Shown one piece after another: positions 40,529 through 55,049 of a DNA stretch of 64,000 nt. Each line of letters opens with the position of its first letter. Position 1 is the stretch's first letter. This DNA is from Eledone cirrhosa (taxonomy: Eukaryota). A program made the translations under genes and the position numbers. The notes under the pieces are model-generated. The model was not told the DNA's origin. It searched no databases and saw nothing but the letters and a program-made list of their open reading frames with translations. Where the stretch lies: positions 34,038,001 to 34,102,000 of the forward strand of contig OZ024746.1 of the NCBI GenBank assembly GCA_964016885.1, given 5' to 3'.

Positions 40529-41619
40529 CACAATAGTTGTTTCTACTTCTATTTCTTTTTGGTGTTTCCTTCCAGAAGCAGTTTATTCTAATTTCTTAAA
40601 GTGAATGTCATTGTATTGTTGCAAAACAATTGCTAAAACACTTTAAATTGCTCAAATGTTCGCACACAAATTGTCGGAACGCCACAAACATCTTGATTTT
40701 TTTTCAGCATCATTTCCCATTAATAATTTATTTCAATCATATGCTCTTATCTTTATGTGTATTTATCTTTTAATTTTCGTTCTTTTTTTACATGCATATG
40801 TTCTACATTATTCCAACATTTCAATTTCTATCTCTGTATTCTCCTGTTTCAGGAGTGGAAGATTTTACTAATGAGGCATTTTACTTATAAACGATTGTCT
40901 CATAATATTCACACATCTAACAACAAACGCCTTATTCTCATTTTTTTACCCTGTCAAAGTTTTAAATTTTCTTTGTAATTTGTCGTCTACGTTGTGTTTG
41001 CTCAATTGCTTTTCCCATTGATTTCTTTTTGTATAATTGTTCTATTTTATTTGAATATTCTCACTTTCTTTCTCATTTCCCTCCCATTCTCGCTCCTTAT
41101 CTCTTCGAATTGTTTTTATATCTATCTCTTTATTTATCTCTCTATCTCATGCACACTACTTTCGACAATCAGAGAAAAGAGGAAATAACACAATATTTTA
41201 TTGCTCATTCATAGCATTTATACACACAATCGCGCACGCATAGAAACACAGACACATACTACACATTTACGAACACATTTGTATATGTGAGTGCGCATGT
41301 ATGTATGCATGTTTGCGTATGTATATATATATATTTATACATAAACACACAAGCACACACACACACACACGCGCGCGCGCATATATATATATGCACAGTA
41401 TTTATACTTGCATGTGTGTCCCAAAAAATACATGCAGCTTCGTTTGTGGCTATTCAGAACTATTTTGACAATTGAGTTTCACATCAAAGAAATAAAGTTG
41501 TGCTTTGAAAAAAGGCGAGGATACAAGAAGGAAATGTTAACATAATAAAAATATTCATATCAATAATAGTTAATAAAAAAATAATATTAATGATTATAAT
41601 GATATTAATACTAATGATG

Positions 41620-41686
<67 letters not shown>

Positions 41687-41820
41687 TTTATTTATTGGAC
41701 ACAAGGGCTTACATCAAGAAAAACATCACAGACGGAACAGAACGGTACGATGTGGGTTTTGTGCGTGTAAATATTTTTATTATTTATATAAGAAAATAAT
41801 AATAATAATAATAATAATAA

Positions 41821-43162
41821 TTTTTTCTTTATTAACCACAAGTTTTAGTCCGTCTGGAGGTCCGGACCGAAACAGACACCTAGCAATTTAACAGGTCCGT
41901 CCGTCCAGCGCCCGACACGAGGTGCCGAGCTGCAGGGCCACTGACTTTTCCTGGTTGATCATCTCCCCTGTCACCGCTTCGTATTCTCTTAGTGTAGTGC
42001 CGATCGCCTCGATGTGTTTGGCGTTCGACAACACTACGGTGACATCGTCCGCATATGCTGACACGGATCTTCCGCATCCTAGTTCGCGCGGGACCCCCCC
42101 CTCAACGTCTCGAGTTTGTGCAGTAATGGCTCGAGAGTCAATACGTACAAGAGGGACGAGAGGGGACATCCTTGGCGGACCGAGCGCATGATGTTGAAAG
42201 GTTCCGAAAGGTGACTGTTCACTCTCACTACAGAGCAGATGTCGCTGTGCATGGCAGTGATCGAGCCTCTGAAGACGGACACAAAGCCAACATCCTTCGG
42301 GACTGCCGCTAGGTAACGATGGTTGACCCTATCGACAGCTTTCGACTTATCTAAATTGATCAAGGACCCACCCGTGCCAGGTTCCCTAGCTACTCTCTCT
42401 ACGATGTATCACATGAGGTGGAGCTTGTCGTGGATGGATCTGTCGGGAATGTTGTATGTCAGCGCATCTCCCACCGGACCACCGCAATAGCTTGGGACGA
42501 GTGTGACCTGACCATGTACCCATCTTTCTTTACCGTTCACTTGGCTTCATTTAATTCCGCCTGAGCTACCTCGATTGTTTCGCATTTTTTCGCTGCTTTG
42601 CCAAAGACACATTTGCGGTGGTGTTGATGTTTTTCTTGTTATACTCATTGTTGTTGCTGTTGTTGTTATTGTTATTTTTGTTATTGTTATTTTTAGTTTC
42701 AATTGTGGTGGTGGTGGCGTCAGTGGTGTTCGGTGTGGAAAAGTCGATTCTGGGTGAATCCATTTCAATGTCACGAGATAATAATTTATTTTCTTCTTTT
42801 GTTTCTGTTGTCGCTGTGGTGGTGTTGGGGGTGGCGGCTTTAACACCTGCAGATTTTGGTAATGAATGTCTGCATGAGACAATTATTGCTACTGTTTATA
42901 TTTTTAGTGTTGGCAAACTTAGACACATTTTCATTGGTGTGGCTGTGAGTCATCCATGATTTTCTCAAATAAATGTTTTGTTTGATAATTATAAAAGTTT
43001 AAATTTTGGACCCAAGACCCCAATCTCTTTGAGTGTCCTTTTCCGAAAGCAATATATGTGAAGTTATAAACACTTAACAACAAAAATTTTCCATAAATGG
43101 CAATTTGAAACAACTGAAAACAACAAACCTTTGCGGAGCTCACGATTCCGACGTAGATAGCC
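41821..43162 (-). mobile_element. Internally deleted Tx1/L1-type LINE between (TAA)n tracts (extra tail fragment at 41684-41795)
   Basis: RT motifs LD.SKAVDRVNH, SVRQGCPLSSLLYVLTLEPL, SAYADDVTV and YEAVTG..INQEKS; the 22-bp terminus is shared with 21041. Confidence 0.75.
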
Positions 43163-43205
<43 letters not shown>

Positions 43206-43206
43206 T

Positions 43207-43942
43207 TACAAGTGAGACAAAAAGCGCCAGACTCAGCCCTCAGAAAAATCGTATCCATAATATCCTGTTATATCGCTCAAATATTCAATTTTGTATTATA
43301 AATGTTATATTCAAAAAAGAAAATGGTTATAAATGGAAGAAAACCCCCTCTGTCTCAACTATATAGAACAGCCAAATAACAGCAATTTCACCAACACCAC
43401 AAACTAGATACACCACCTATCGCATCACCCCTCTGTGTACAACAGCCAGATAACTGAAATTTCACCACCACCACCACCAATCCCACCATAATAATAATAA
43501 TTACTATTATTGTATCTCAAGTTTTCCATAGCCAACAACAATAACAGGAAACTTCAACAAAAAGTATATTATATTATTAATAATAATTTAATTCTTAAGC
43601 CCCGCAATGCTCACATTAAGGAACCACTCATGATAATAACAAGTTAAAAAAAACAACAAAATAGAAAACCCCGTGACCAAGAAATACCGGGATGGCGGCC
43701 GGCGGGGAATAGCCCTGTCTCTAAGGGAGGACGACCCCTCTAGCCTTGGTTGACACTCGTCCTAGAAGTGGTAACACGAAATGATTATCCCTTGGCGGTT
43801 AAGGATAAAACGCGCCAAAATAAAGTAAATGACAAATGATAACATCGCATGCAAGATCGGCCGTCAGCCGGGTCAAAAAGGCCTTCAGAGAGTAACCAGA
43901 CTGGGGTCGAAAAATCAGCTAATGGTTCAAACCTCCCATCAA
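43207..43942 (+). mobile_element. 5'-only fragment of the Dong-type element
   Basis: Aligns with about 16231-17362 but lacks about 16540-16948; preceded by (AAT)n. Confidence 0.85.
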
Positions 43943-44405
43943 TGTATGTGCGGGAACAATTTTGAATAGCGCCAGTTCGTAATTTGAACTCGGGAATTTT
44001 ATATTCTCTGAGTGAAAAGATCCTTCTGACGAGAGTTTATCTTTGCAATGGATGCCGTAAGGACTGTCCATTTATTTTTGAGACTCGAAACCGATTCGGT
44101 AAAGGTAACCAAAGTGAGTGAAGTTAAATTTTTTTTAATTTATTTTGAAATCTTTTCTTATTTGCTAAACCTTAATTATATATGTTCTGGGTCGTTAATT
44201 TATTAACCCGCCACTGAACCACATTAGCATATGGTTCCACAATACACGTGTCCCTAAGCGCTTTGTGTGTGTAGGAATATATACTTTATTATATACCCCC
44301 CACTCTCCTGAGCGTGAATTTAATAAACATTTATTGTACTGCCTCTCTGTTCTGTCCCTGTTCAATTTTTCATTATATATATATATATATATAGGAACGT
44401 GTAGG

Positions 44406-44501
44406 ACCCCGACAGCTGGGCTCAAGCCGTTTCGACGGCTATATCTGGACTAAATGAAAATTGTTATTCTGGTATATGAATAGCCGAGCTTCTCAGGGGG
44501 T
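44406..44501 (-). ncRNA. Hammerhead-like motif with long stem II and a G8A core change
   Basis: acccc-CTGAGAA-g..cggctat(...)atagccg.c-GAAA-cggct(tgagccc)agct-GTC^ggggt. Confidence 0.55.
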
Positions 44502-44874
44502 AATTCCATATATGGAAAAAGTGATTGTCACAAGGATTGGTCAAAAGTTTGTTGTTGAGACACATAATTCTATCATGGCAATTTGTGGCAGGAAGGGGTA
44601 GCTGAACCTGCCAGTAGAAGAAAGGGGAGAGGGGGTGGAGGAAACCCAGTCGTGCGTTGATAGTGCCAACTACAGCAGGGCAGGAGGTCAAGCAAGTATA
44701 CTATGGAGGGGGGGGGAGGATGTCGAAACAATAAGTAAAACAATATGGGGTAAATATATAGGAGAATACCGAGAAAGTTAAAAGTATAAAAAAAACAATT
44801 TCTGGTTACTATTCCCTAACGACAGTCATCAAGTCTCTCACTGGTACTGCTAAACTATATAATATATATATATT

Positions 44875-45522
44875 TAAAAAGAAATAAAGGTGTGACACAC
44901 GAGTTGTGATATATTGGTAAAAAGGAAAAGAAAATGGTGACACATTTTTTCCCAGTGAAAAATAGTTTAATTAGGAATAAGTATAAATTAGCAATAAGTA
45001 CTAGTTAGTATTCAGTTTTAGTTTTAAGTTTTTACGGCTTGCGCATTTCTTATGCTTTTCAAAAATAATTTTGAGAGAGCTCGTGATTTTTGCTGCACTC
45101 TATCTCTAAATTATTTTTTAAAAGCATAATAAATGCGCAACCGGTAAAAACTTACAACTAAAACTGAATACTATTACTAATTTATACTTATTCCTAATTA
45201 AACTAATTTTCACTGGGAAAAATGTATCACCAGTTTCTTTTCCTTTTTACTAATATCTATACGTATATATCTGTATATACGTATAGATACAGCACTAATA
45301 TCTATATCTATACGTATTTATATGTATATACGTATAGATACAGCACGGACACTCTATCTCAAAATTATTTTTGAAAAGCATTTAGAAATGCGCAACCGGT
45401 AAATACTTAAAAACTTAAAACCACAACTGAATACTAACCCATACAATCACTAATACTCTTTTATTCCTAATTAAACCATTTTTCAACTGTGAACAATTTG
45501 TCAGCGTTTTCTATTCCGTTTA

Positions 45523-45527
<5 letters not shown>
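44875..45527. mobile_element. Second fold-back of the 23773 family, with one direct and two inverted arms
   Basis: Direct 44875-45095; inverted 45097-45257 and 45350-45527, separated by duplicated tctatacgta...gatacagcac filler. Confidence 0.75.
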
Positions 45528-45574
<47 letters not shown>

Positions 45575-45734
45575 ACTATCCCAATGATTTCTGATCACGG
45601 ATGTATCAAAGGACAACACTAGATCGACCTACTGAAGTAAACATCGTGTTGCGTCAACCACAACTGGACACTGAAACATTCCTCCTTATAGGGCTCTCTA
45701 AACCAGGGAAACCGAAAACGATATCTCAGATACC

Positions 45735-45808
<74 letters not shown>

Positions 45809-46470
45809 GATATCTTTGTATCTGTAACTACGGGTGCGTGCTTTAAGGTGTAGGTACGTGTGTTTGGGTGCGTGCGTGCCTGTTCGTGCTATAACGGCTT
45901 ACTAAATTGTCCACATAACGATGTCTGAATCATTCGAAATAGCTGACATATTCCTGGCTACATAAACGTACCATAGTTAAACATTTAAAATTTAAGTTTG
46001 GAATGTCACCAAATATTTATTGAAAATTGTTTAAGAGAAGCATATTAACTTCTATTTAAAGAAAGCCTATTTCAGCAATAATATTAATGATTGTTTCTAC
46101 TTCAGGCACAAGGACAGCAATTTGTAGGCGAAGGGAACGTCGATTAAATCGACCCCAGTACGTTACGAATTGCGAAACCGGGAAAGGAACCAAATAAATT
46201 TTTTTTTTTTTCTAAATAAGACTCCAGTTGCATTTTCTATTACATCTTTTTTTCTATATATATATATCACTAAAATACAACTGTCGAAATACACCCACGA
46301 AATCGGTGGATGGTCTGCTTAAGGTCTTTATTTACTGCTGTAGGACCAGAGTAATAAATTATTTGTTGCTGCTACATGCGGCTTATCGTATCTATAGCTA
46401 TCACGTGTTAATTCCGGCAAGGGTAATAACGCCCGGTTTTAGGCGGGTCATTCAAAATGTTAGCGAAAGG

Positions 46471-46543
<73 letters not shown>

Positions 46544-46580
46544 ATTAAATAAATGGAAACTATATTTATAAAACCCTATT

Positions 46581-46646
46581 TATTTCATTATATATATTTC
46601 AGGGATATCATATTAACAATATGCTATGCCTTCCTCAGACAAAATA
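46581..46646 (-). ncRNA. Type I hammerhead, left pLTR
   Basis: Reverse complement of 48557-48622. Confidence 0.75.
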
Positions 46647-48028
46647 CAATATAAACAGTTTTATAGATAAATAGATTTGACATACCGTAACAACATCGAC
46701 TTGTATTTGAAAAGTTGATTTGGCAGTGAAAAAATTGTACACAGAGAGAAAGAAAGAGAGAAAAAAGAAAGAAAGACAGAAAACGAAGAAGAAGAAGAAA
46801 AAAGAAGAAATACATGGAACAAAATAGAGAGATGGAAAGATAGATAAAGAGAAGAACTTCATGTAAAGAAACAGAGAGAGAAATATATATATATAGAGAG
46901 AGAGAGGAAATAGAGATAGATACATATATATAGAAAACTAGGTAGTGGGACGTCAGTTGAGTAAACGTATCAATGATACATTTATTTATTTATTTATTTA
47001 TTTAGCTCTAGTATTAATGTAATGGAGATATATGTGGTTAGGATAGAAACCAGCTGTTATATAGAGAGAAAAATTAAAAATAACCAGACACAGGCGAGTC
47101 ATAAAAAAACCCTATGTTTTAATGTAGAGGTATTCGTATGTATAAAAACCAGCCACTATATTGTAAATATCAGTATTCCTGAATGAGACATGTATCCATA
47201 ATGTGTGAAAATGATCTTATGTTTAGTTTTTTTTTAAAATTCATATGTTTATGTGATAACTACAAACATCTATGTGAATTTATATGATCAACTCTGCAAA
47301 CCCTAAGTTCACGGAAAACATTCTCATTGTGCTATAATAATTTAAGTATACATATATGTGTATATATATACACACAAATATATATAGAGTCAATATTGCT
47401 ATTATTCCTGTCTTTACTCTACAAGATTATCTATCAAGCAGAAATAGAGAGCAGATTTCAATATACTAATAAAAATATATATCAGAAACAAAAAATAACA
47501 ATAATAATAATAATAAGTAATAATAAGATAGAAAACTAAAATATATTACGAAAGAGTATTACATATTAAAAATATTACATATTAAAAATATTAAAAGTAA
47601 AAATATTAGAAAATACTACAATAATAAAAATAAACCACAAAGATCAACTCTTCAAAATTAATTGACAATATATTGCCAAGTTCATTATAAGCATCAGAGT
47701 CGAAAAACAGATAAAGCCAAAAATTATTTATCAAATCGCATCTAGCAAAAATCAATTCAAAGAGTTTAGGATGCCCATTTGGTCTACATGCGTTCTTATA
47801 ATTAATATAGAAGTTTATCTAGTGTAACGTTTATTCGAAATATTTGGAGCATCAACTTTTAGGGTAGCTTAATTTTTCATGAAGAATGTTTAAATAAAAA
47901 TAAAAATAAAAATAAAAATAAAAATAAAAATAAAAATAAAAATAAAAAAAAAAATGAAAAGAATAAAAATAAGAAATCAAAGATTTATCGGCTAGTTTCC
48001 CATATAATTATAAATCAAACTAAATATA

Positions 48029-48415
48029 CTACATTTTAAATTTAAATTTATATTTAAACGTTGAGTTTAATCTATGTTTGCAGCCACTGAATAAATTTGT
48101 CCGTAGATTAAGGGAATTTTTAGATTTTAGTATAAAGAATATCTCCTCTGCGCAGAGGTCACATGTCTCAGAGGATGAATTAAAAGGAATCCCTCTTGAG
48201 ACTATATTCCAAGCCGTCGAATATCTAACGTTAACTATCTTAAGTTGCCAGAGTACGCCTGATAGTGCCGTTGAAGATTTCTTGCTTGGATCTGTGAAAG
48301 AATTCTTGTGGTTATTATAGCGAAGTTTAAATTCCGTCGATGTGGAACCGACGTAGTTAAAAGAATTAGAGTCAGTTTTAACATTACAATTGTATACTAT
48401 ATTTTTAACTAAGCA
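48029..48415 (-). CDS. GIY-YIG endonuclease fragment (open frame with no start codon; absent from the ORF track)
   Basis: Manual translation: CLVKNIVYNCNVKTDSNSFNYVGSTSTEFKLRYNNHKNSF..TALSGVLWQLK..WNIVSRG..CDLCAEEIFFI..LNLRTNLFSGCKHR..KM*. Confidence 0.85.
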   Translation of the reverse strand, partial: CLVKNIVYNCNVKTDSNSFNYVGSTSTEFKLRYNNHKNSFTDPSKKSSTALSGVLWQLKIVNVRYSTAWNIVSRGIPFNSSSETCDLCAEEIFFILKSKNSLNLRTNLFSGCKHRLNSTFKYKFKFKM

Positions 48416-48556
48416 ATTGTTTTCTGTCTCTCTTTCTTTTTTCTCTCTTTCTTTCTCTCTGTGTACAATTTTTTCACTGCCAAATCAACTTTTCAAATAC
48501 AAGTCGATGTTGTTACGGTATGTCAAATGTATTTATCTATAAAACTGTTTATATTG

Positions 48557-48622
48557 TATTTTGTCTGAGGAAGGCATAGCATATTGTTAATATGATATCC
48601 CTGAAATATATATAATGAAATA
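48557..48622 (+). ncRNA. Type I hammerhead, right pLTR
   Basis: tattttgt-CTGAGGA-agg..catatt(gtt)aatatg..cct-GAAA-tatat-ATA^atgaaata; 8-bp stem I with two G.U pairs and palindromic stem III ATATATAT. Confidence 0.75.
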
Positions 48623-50666
48623 AATATGGTTTTATAAATATAGTTTCCATTTATTTAATATTTTAAATATACTCCAATACTTGTCGAGTGCTTTTATATC
48701 AGTTATACATATTTACTAGTTGTAACCCAACAATTTTAAATATAACTTTCCATATATATATATATATATATATTCGTGTGCGTCTGTATGTTTACGTGTG
48801 TTTGTTCATGTGTGTGAGGCTCAATGAATAAATGCGGGCGCATTACTATTTCTACGCAAACAGTGTTTTTTTCGTTTGCAATTTCGGTCCGTTATTCTTC
48901 TAGATATATGTTTCTCTCGTTATGATGCTGCTCTCATGGAGAGAATGGAAAATAGAATCTCACCAACAGGCAGAAAAATTAAGGTGAAATACAAACCTCT
49001 TACGCACACATAAACATTTACACACACACATACGCACGCATACACCACAAACGCAAGTATAATGATAAACACACACAAGTCAATACATCGTATCACGTCC
49101 TCCACGAGGTTTACTTACAGAAAAAAATCTCCCATAGAAAATAAATGCATGCATATCACGTACTGGACATCTACACTCGATTATAATGCGTTACAGATTA
49201 AATCTCTGAAGATTATACTGTGAATTGTTGCATTTGTCACAATCACTTCCATAATGATTCAAACAGTATTATCTACATATATGAATACATTGTTACTATG
49301 TATCTACCATGTCTGACAGTGTTCTATGGATTTAATTAAATCTCACAACTTTTTCGGTATCGCTGAAGTATTATAAGTTTTAGAAACATTATAAAAATAG
49401 AAAACTGAATCATGAAAGTTTTTCATACCACGATTTATCGAATAGTTGATAAAGGATCTAAATATTAACCATACTGTTCGAAAATATATTCAATAGTGGT
49501 AGCATATATAAATCCTGACATGGTATTCGTAGAAAATACGGAAAGCTGGTTTAAAGAAAAGTGATCGAATAGCAAATCATAAGTAACATATTAGGATAAT
49601 TAGATATGTTGTTTGCGTTGTTTAAAAACAATACCCATACCCGATTCTCGATATCTTAATGCAAAGGAAGGTCAACATATATCGGAAAAATACGCTTGTC
49701 TCAGCTTCGTTTGGATAGCTTAATACCTGAATATACTGAATATATGTCATGTAACGTTCAGCTTGCTTCAAAATTAAGAAACATAAACTAAATTGATATT
49801 CTCTGTATCACTACCGTAAAATTAGAATCCGTTAACAATTATGTGCAGCCATACGGTTTCTTCCTCCAACCTTGTTGTATCGACAAAAAACCCGGGGTCC
49901 GCTGCCCGTAATGCGGAGTAGAAGACGATAGTCAAATACTGTGGATTGACAGACACTTCCGCTTTGCACCGTCTTCGTCGAGACTTTTGACATCCTTTTC
50001 CCCATACTGCTGAACTCCTTCGTAAATACAGCGACCCACATGATGAGGGAGCCCCGTTATGTAGCGTAGCTGTTGCAGTGAGAGTCTCTAATCATTCACC
50101 GTGGTAACGCATTTGCTCTCTTTTCTAGGGAATGCAGCTCTGACTGCGCTCATACTGAAGTGTCGTGTCCTACATTCCCAGTCTCCCTTTCATTCATTGC
50201 TTTATCTTTTTTCTCCTGTTCATTTCTCTGTTTCTTACTTTTCTGTTCCCTGTAATAGTTTGTTTTGATTTCACAAATTACTGCTGAATAATGTTTATAT
50301 ATATATCAATAGTTTTGCATGATATTGTTCAATTTTTAGAGATTTTGTGGATCTAATATAGTTCTTTGTCATTTCAAGTATTTTGATGAAATAGAATATT
50401 ATCCTTAAATATCCGGACGAAAACATGTGGAATTAAGGCGTCAACTTGGATGAGTGGTAAGAACGTGAGAGAGAAGGCTTTGGCAATATTCTTTCAAAAT
50501 CATAATTCATGATTTCGTGAGCAATGGAAAAAATATCCACTACAGTAGGGTCCTCGAAATCACTCACGTTCATTTATGGATTAAATTCGATTGGGTCAGA
50601 TTTGGTGAGAGATAAGCTTTGCCAAGTTTAGAGGCATGTAAATGGAAGTGGATGGATGTATAATGA

Positions 50667-50835
50667 TTTCTGATATAAGCACAAGGCCAACAATTTTGGC
50701 ATTTTAATCATTCCCAGGAAAGATAAAAGGCAAAGCTAAGCTCGGCGGGATTTGAAATAAAACGTAATGACGACGAAACTCTAGGACGAAAAGATTATTG
50801 TCGAACACTCTAAGAATACTGCTAATCTTCCACCC
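50667..50835 (-). mobile_element. Diverged SINE family A copy
   Basis: gcacaaggcc..aaaggcaaagctaagctcggcgggatttgaa..ccaccct. Confidence 0.65.
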
Positions 50836-53262
50836 TGACGGTGGATGTATAGTGGCATATATTTTCATAGCTATTCCACACACGTAGGTAAATTGAGGTG
50901 AATATTGTTAAACAGACCCTATAAAAAATCAAAGTGAAAATATAAAATAAATAATGACAGTTGAAATTCAGAACGTCCAAAATATTCGATGTGCATTACG
51001 TGTATATGTAATTTTTTGCTACATACTTTCGGCAGCAAACGTCTTCGCATTGGTTCTGTAATCCTCCATGTGTTCAATATGCTGTAGATTCGTCCCTAAT
51101 ATAATTCCTACTTTCATTTCACATCGCTTCAGTATAATAAAACTAGGATATAATAACATATAAATCATGAACTTCAGAATTAGATTTCTGGAGATAATTA
51201 TCATGTATAATAAATATGTTCACATGAATCTTGTACTGAAGACAGTTATGGAGCTGCCGATGAATTATACACACGGACCCCCCACCACACACACACATAC
51301 ACACACAGACACACATACCCCCCATATATGTATATATGTATGTATGTATATGTGCGTATGTCTATGTATATACAGTGCGTGAATAATACAGGTTACAGTT
51401 CAGTTGTCAGATATATTCAATTATTTAATGAATTGTGACTGAGCAACTATTTATACACTTACGCTGAAATCAAGGAACAATGTTTTGCCACTGAAACAAG
51501 GAATGAAATCAAATGACGTTCTTTGAAATTCATATAAATGTTTGGCTAGCATAATTAATGGGCTTAAATTTGGATGTTTCTTCGCAACCAACAATCATGT
51601 GAATTATGTCTGCATGAAAACAAAGGACAGTGCAATGCAGTACAAATTAGCTAAATATTATGGTACATGGGTCTTATTTTATTCACCAACACATTTATCA
51701 TTTACTAGCTGTAATAATAAAATGCGCTTCCTAATCGTAGTAATAAAATGCGCTTCCTAATTGTTAATGAACTGTTAACTTATTTTTCGTATAAGTGTAA
51801 AAAATATTCTCCATTTAGAAATAACTTTACGTTAAAATATTTGCAAAAATAATTCTCTGAAAGCAGTTTTTATCTCACGATTAATATTGTTTGAGGAAAA
51901 CTTGTTCGAACAGAAGTTCTTCCATAAAACTAATACAATAAAATTTATGATTTGTATTTAAATATTCCTAACGAAAATTTAACAGGTTGTAATGTGCGAT
52001 GACACTGATATTGTTTCTACGTCTCTAACTAAATATTTAAAATAATATTCTATGGCATAAGGAAAACTGCTTAAGCAACATTATATGAAAACCAGCCAAT
52101 CATATCATTGAACACGACAAAGAAATTTTCAGAACGATTTGAAACATTGCAAGGCAACGGAATATTTATTTTAATTCCCTAAATCCCCTTACAAGAATTA
52201 TTTGGCTAATAGAGTTCCAGGATTATCTTCACAAGGAAATATAGAGCAAATAATAGCGGTGGTCTGAAAACACATATACATATCTATATACATATGTACA
52301 TCAAAAATATCAAATGAATACACACATATATATATAAAGCTAACCTATCACATAGCAAACTGGGTGCTGTGTATAATGTAATCATTGATACACACTATGA
52401 AGAGCGACAGAAATCTAGATCTAAATAGTATTTGATAGTACGTAAACATATGTATTCACATCACGAAAACTGCTCCACAATATAGTATATACTTTTTGTT
52501 AGAATATGATATAATATGATATAATATAATACAATTTCGTTCGTCTTCATTTATTTGCGGATATAAATACGAGAACATATCATAAATAGTAAATTCTGCC
52601 GTGATTCTGTATTTATCAACCAAGAAACATGAACGACGTTGATCAAAGAGAATCCTTCCATATATAACTTTATTGATCCTCATTGTCACTCTCCACAGAC
52701 CAAGTCAACTAGATGCCTACCCTAGAGCCTCCAACGACGTTCTTGATGGCTCGTGTTATCTTTAACCCTGAAATACGCAGATTTCATAGACTTTGCTAAG
52801 ATGACGCCCAGCAAGCCTTCGGATCCACAACTCCAGTAGCTTACACCAAGTTTTTCATCTGTTCCCATTGTAGACTTCCTTCAATTTATGGCATTTGATC
52901 TCTTATATTCCTGCCTGTAATCAATATTCCCTATAGGATGCAGAAAAATTCACTGGAGAAATGGTATATTGTCTCACACAGGAAGACAGTTTTATGCCGG
53001 CTTTAAAAGAGATTGTGTTATATGATGGAAATTTAAGAATTGCCTCTCCCTAAATTCTATGCTTCGGAATGCAAACCTGCTGATCAGTCCTTCTTTCTTT
53101 AATTTAATCTTCGGTCGTTCGGTTTCTTTAATACATACTGACGTTCCCTTTGCAAATCCCAAACCGGATGTTATCCATGGTTAGTCATATCTGGAAGCTA
53201 ACATGTATAAAAGAATAGAAACATTCGCGACGAATTATAGAAAAGTGAAATATATATATATG

Positions 53263-53363
<101 letters not shown>

Positions 53364-53401
53364 ACACACACACACACGCACACACACACACACACACACA
53401 G

Positions 53402-53454
<53 letters not shown>

Positions 53455-55049
53455 CGAACCTCAAACAGGTATCGCAACGTAGGTCGTAGGAATATTATTC
53501 ACGCGGATTCAGTAATTAAATAATAACATTGAATAAATATCTACTAAGGTATATTTCTCATCCGTTTATAATATTCTATGTTCCTTTGAATGCTGAATAT
53601 GAATGAACTCGTAAATTTTAGCAGTCTCTATAAAAGGAAATTAGTATTGCGTAAAACAAGAAAATTGTTATTAACCTACCACAGCGCATACGTAGTCCAA
53701 ATCAGATTTCATTACTCAAATTGTACAGAAACTCCCACATAGAATGAAAATCCAACTAAAATAATTTTATCAGACTCTTGAGATATTTAATGACTAATGG
53801 GCGACAAACTGTGAACATATTCAGGTGTCATATCAATATAAAAATATATAAATTCAAAAACAATAACTTAATTCGCAAGCTCTACAGGATCTAGTATATA
53901 TCGACAAGCTGTAATATGCAAAAGTAATCAGAACGATACGTTTCTAATGAAAAAAGTCAAGAATACGTTACAAAACAAATAATATGCCGTAAAATAGCGA
54001 CTAAAGACAAAACTAAACATTCGTCACAATCAAGTGATTGCTGCAAGGGATGCACACATATGATATATTTCTTTCGAAACATATATTGCAAGTTTTACAT
54101 AGCTAAGTTCTATGACTCCGCAAAGTCTAACAATCAGCTTAAAGCTGGCCCAGCTTTAATCTCCAAAATCAACTCACTAATATGTAGATACATTTATAAA
54201 AAAAAATATATATATATATATTAGAGACAAAACACACATCAGATTATTTCGTTGGCATTTGATGGAAATAAGCTACAGTTCGCAACGTAGGGACCTGAAA
54301 AGTGACTTTGTCAATGTACTAGCAATGTTTATTATACGAGTATTATTACATTTCAAACCACATAAATATAATCACCCATTATGCCAATACGTTTTAAGTA
54401 TTGCAAAATCAATCTGTAATCGAGCAGGATAGAATTACTGCAATTTAACAACTGAAACATATTTGAGTTATGCATGTCTAATATTTAAACAAGGTTTAAC
54501 TCAAATAACATACGTGCATGTTAATTATATATATATATATATATGCTGAAAATATCACGAAGGAATAGGGCGATAGAAAGAGATTTTCTGTTGATATTTA
54601 ATTCTCAATTTAAAATATTAGAGTTTCATTTACGACAAAATTTATTTAAGTATCGTCTCATTGCGTTATATATTAAAGAAAAACATAGCATAGTAAGTAA
54701 AAACATATTTAAAGAAAAGCGCATTAATACTTATATTAAAATTGTTAAGAATGAGGTTTCGGATGACAAAGAACAAATTCCAATTACCATAATCAAATGG
54801 TTAATTAGTAAATTAAGATATATACACACACAAACACACATACACACACACTCAAACAGACGCACACATAAACACGCACACATACACACTCATATAGATG
54901 AACACACACACAAACACACATACACACACACTCACACAGACGCACACATAAACACGCACACATACACACTCATATAGAAGAACACACACACACACACACA
55001 CACAACATGGCCGACTGAATACACACTTGTTTTTTCTGCCCCATCTGTT

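Larger units (their letters stand above)
46541..48662 (-). mobile_element. 5'-truncated Hydra-type PLE with an inverted pLTR
   Basis: Arms 46541-46784 and 48420-48662 enclose an AT-rich 3' UTR and an EN frame; the left end is next to (TA)n. Confidence 0.8.
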
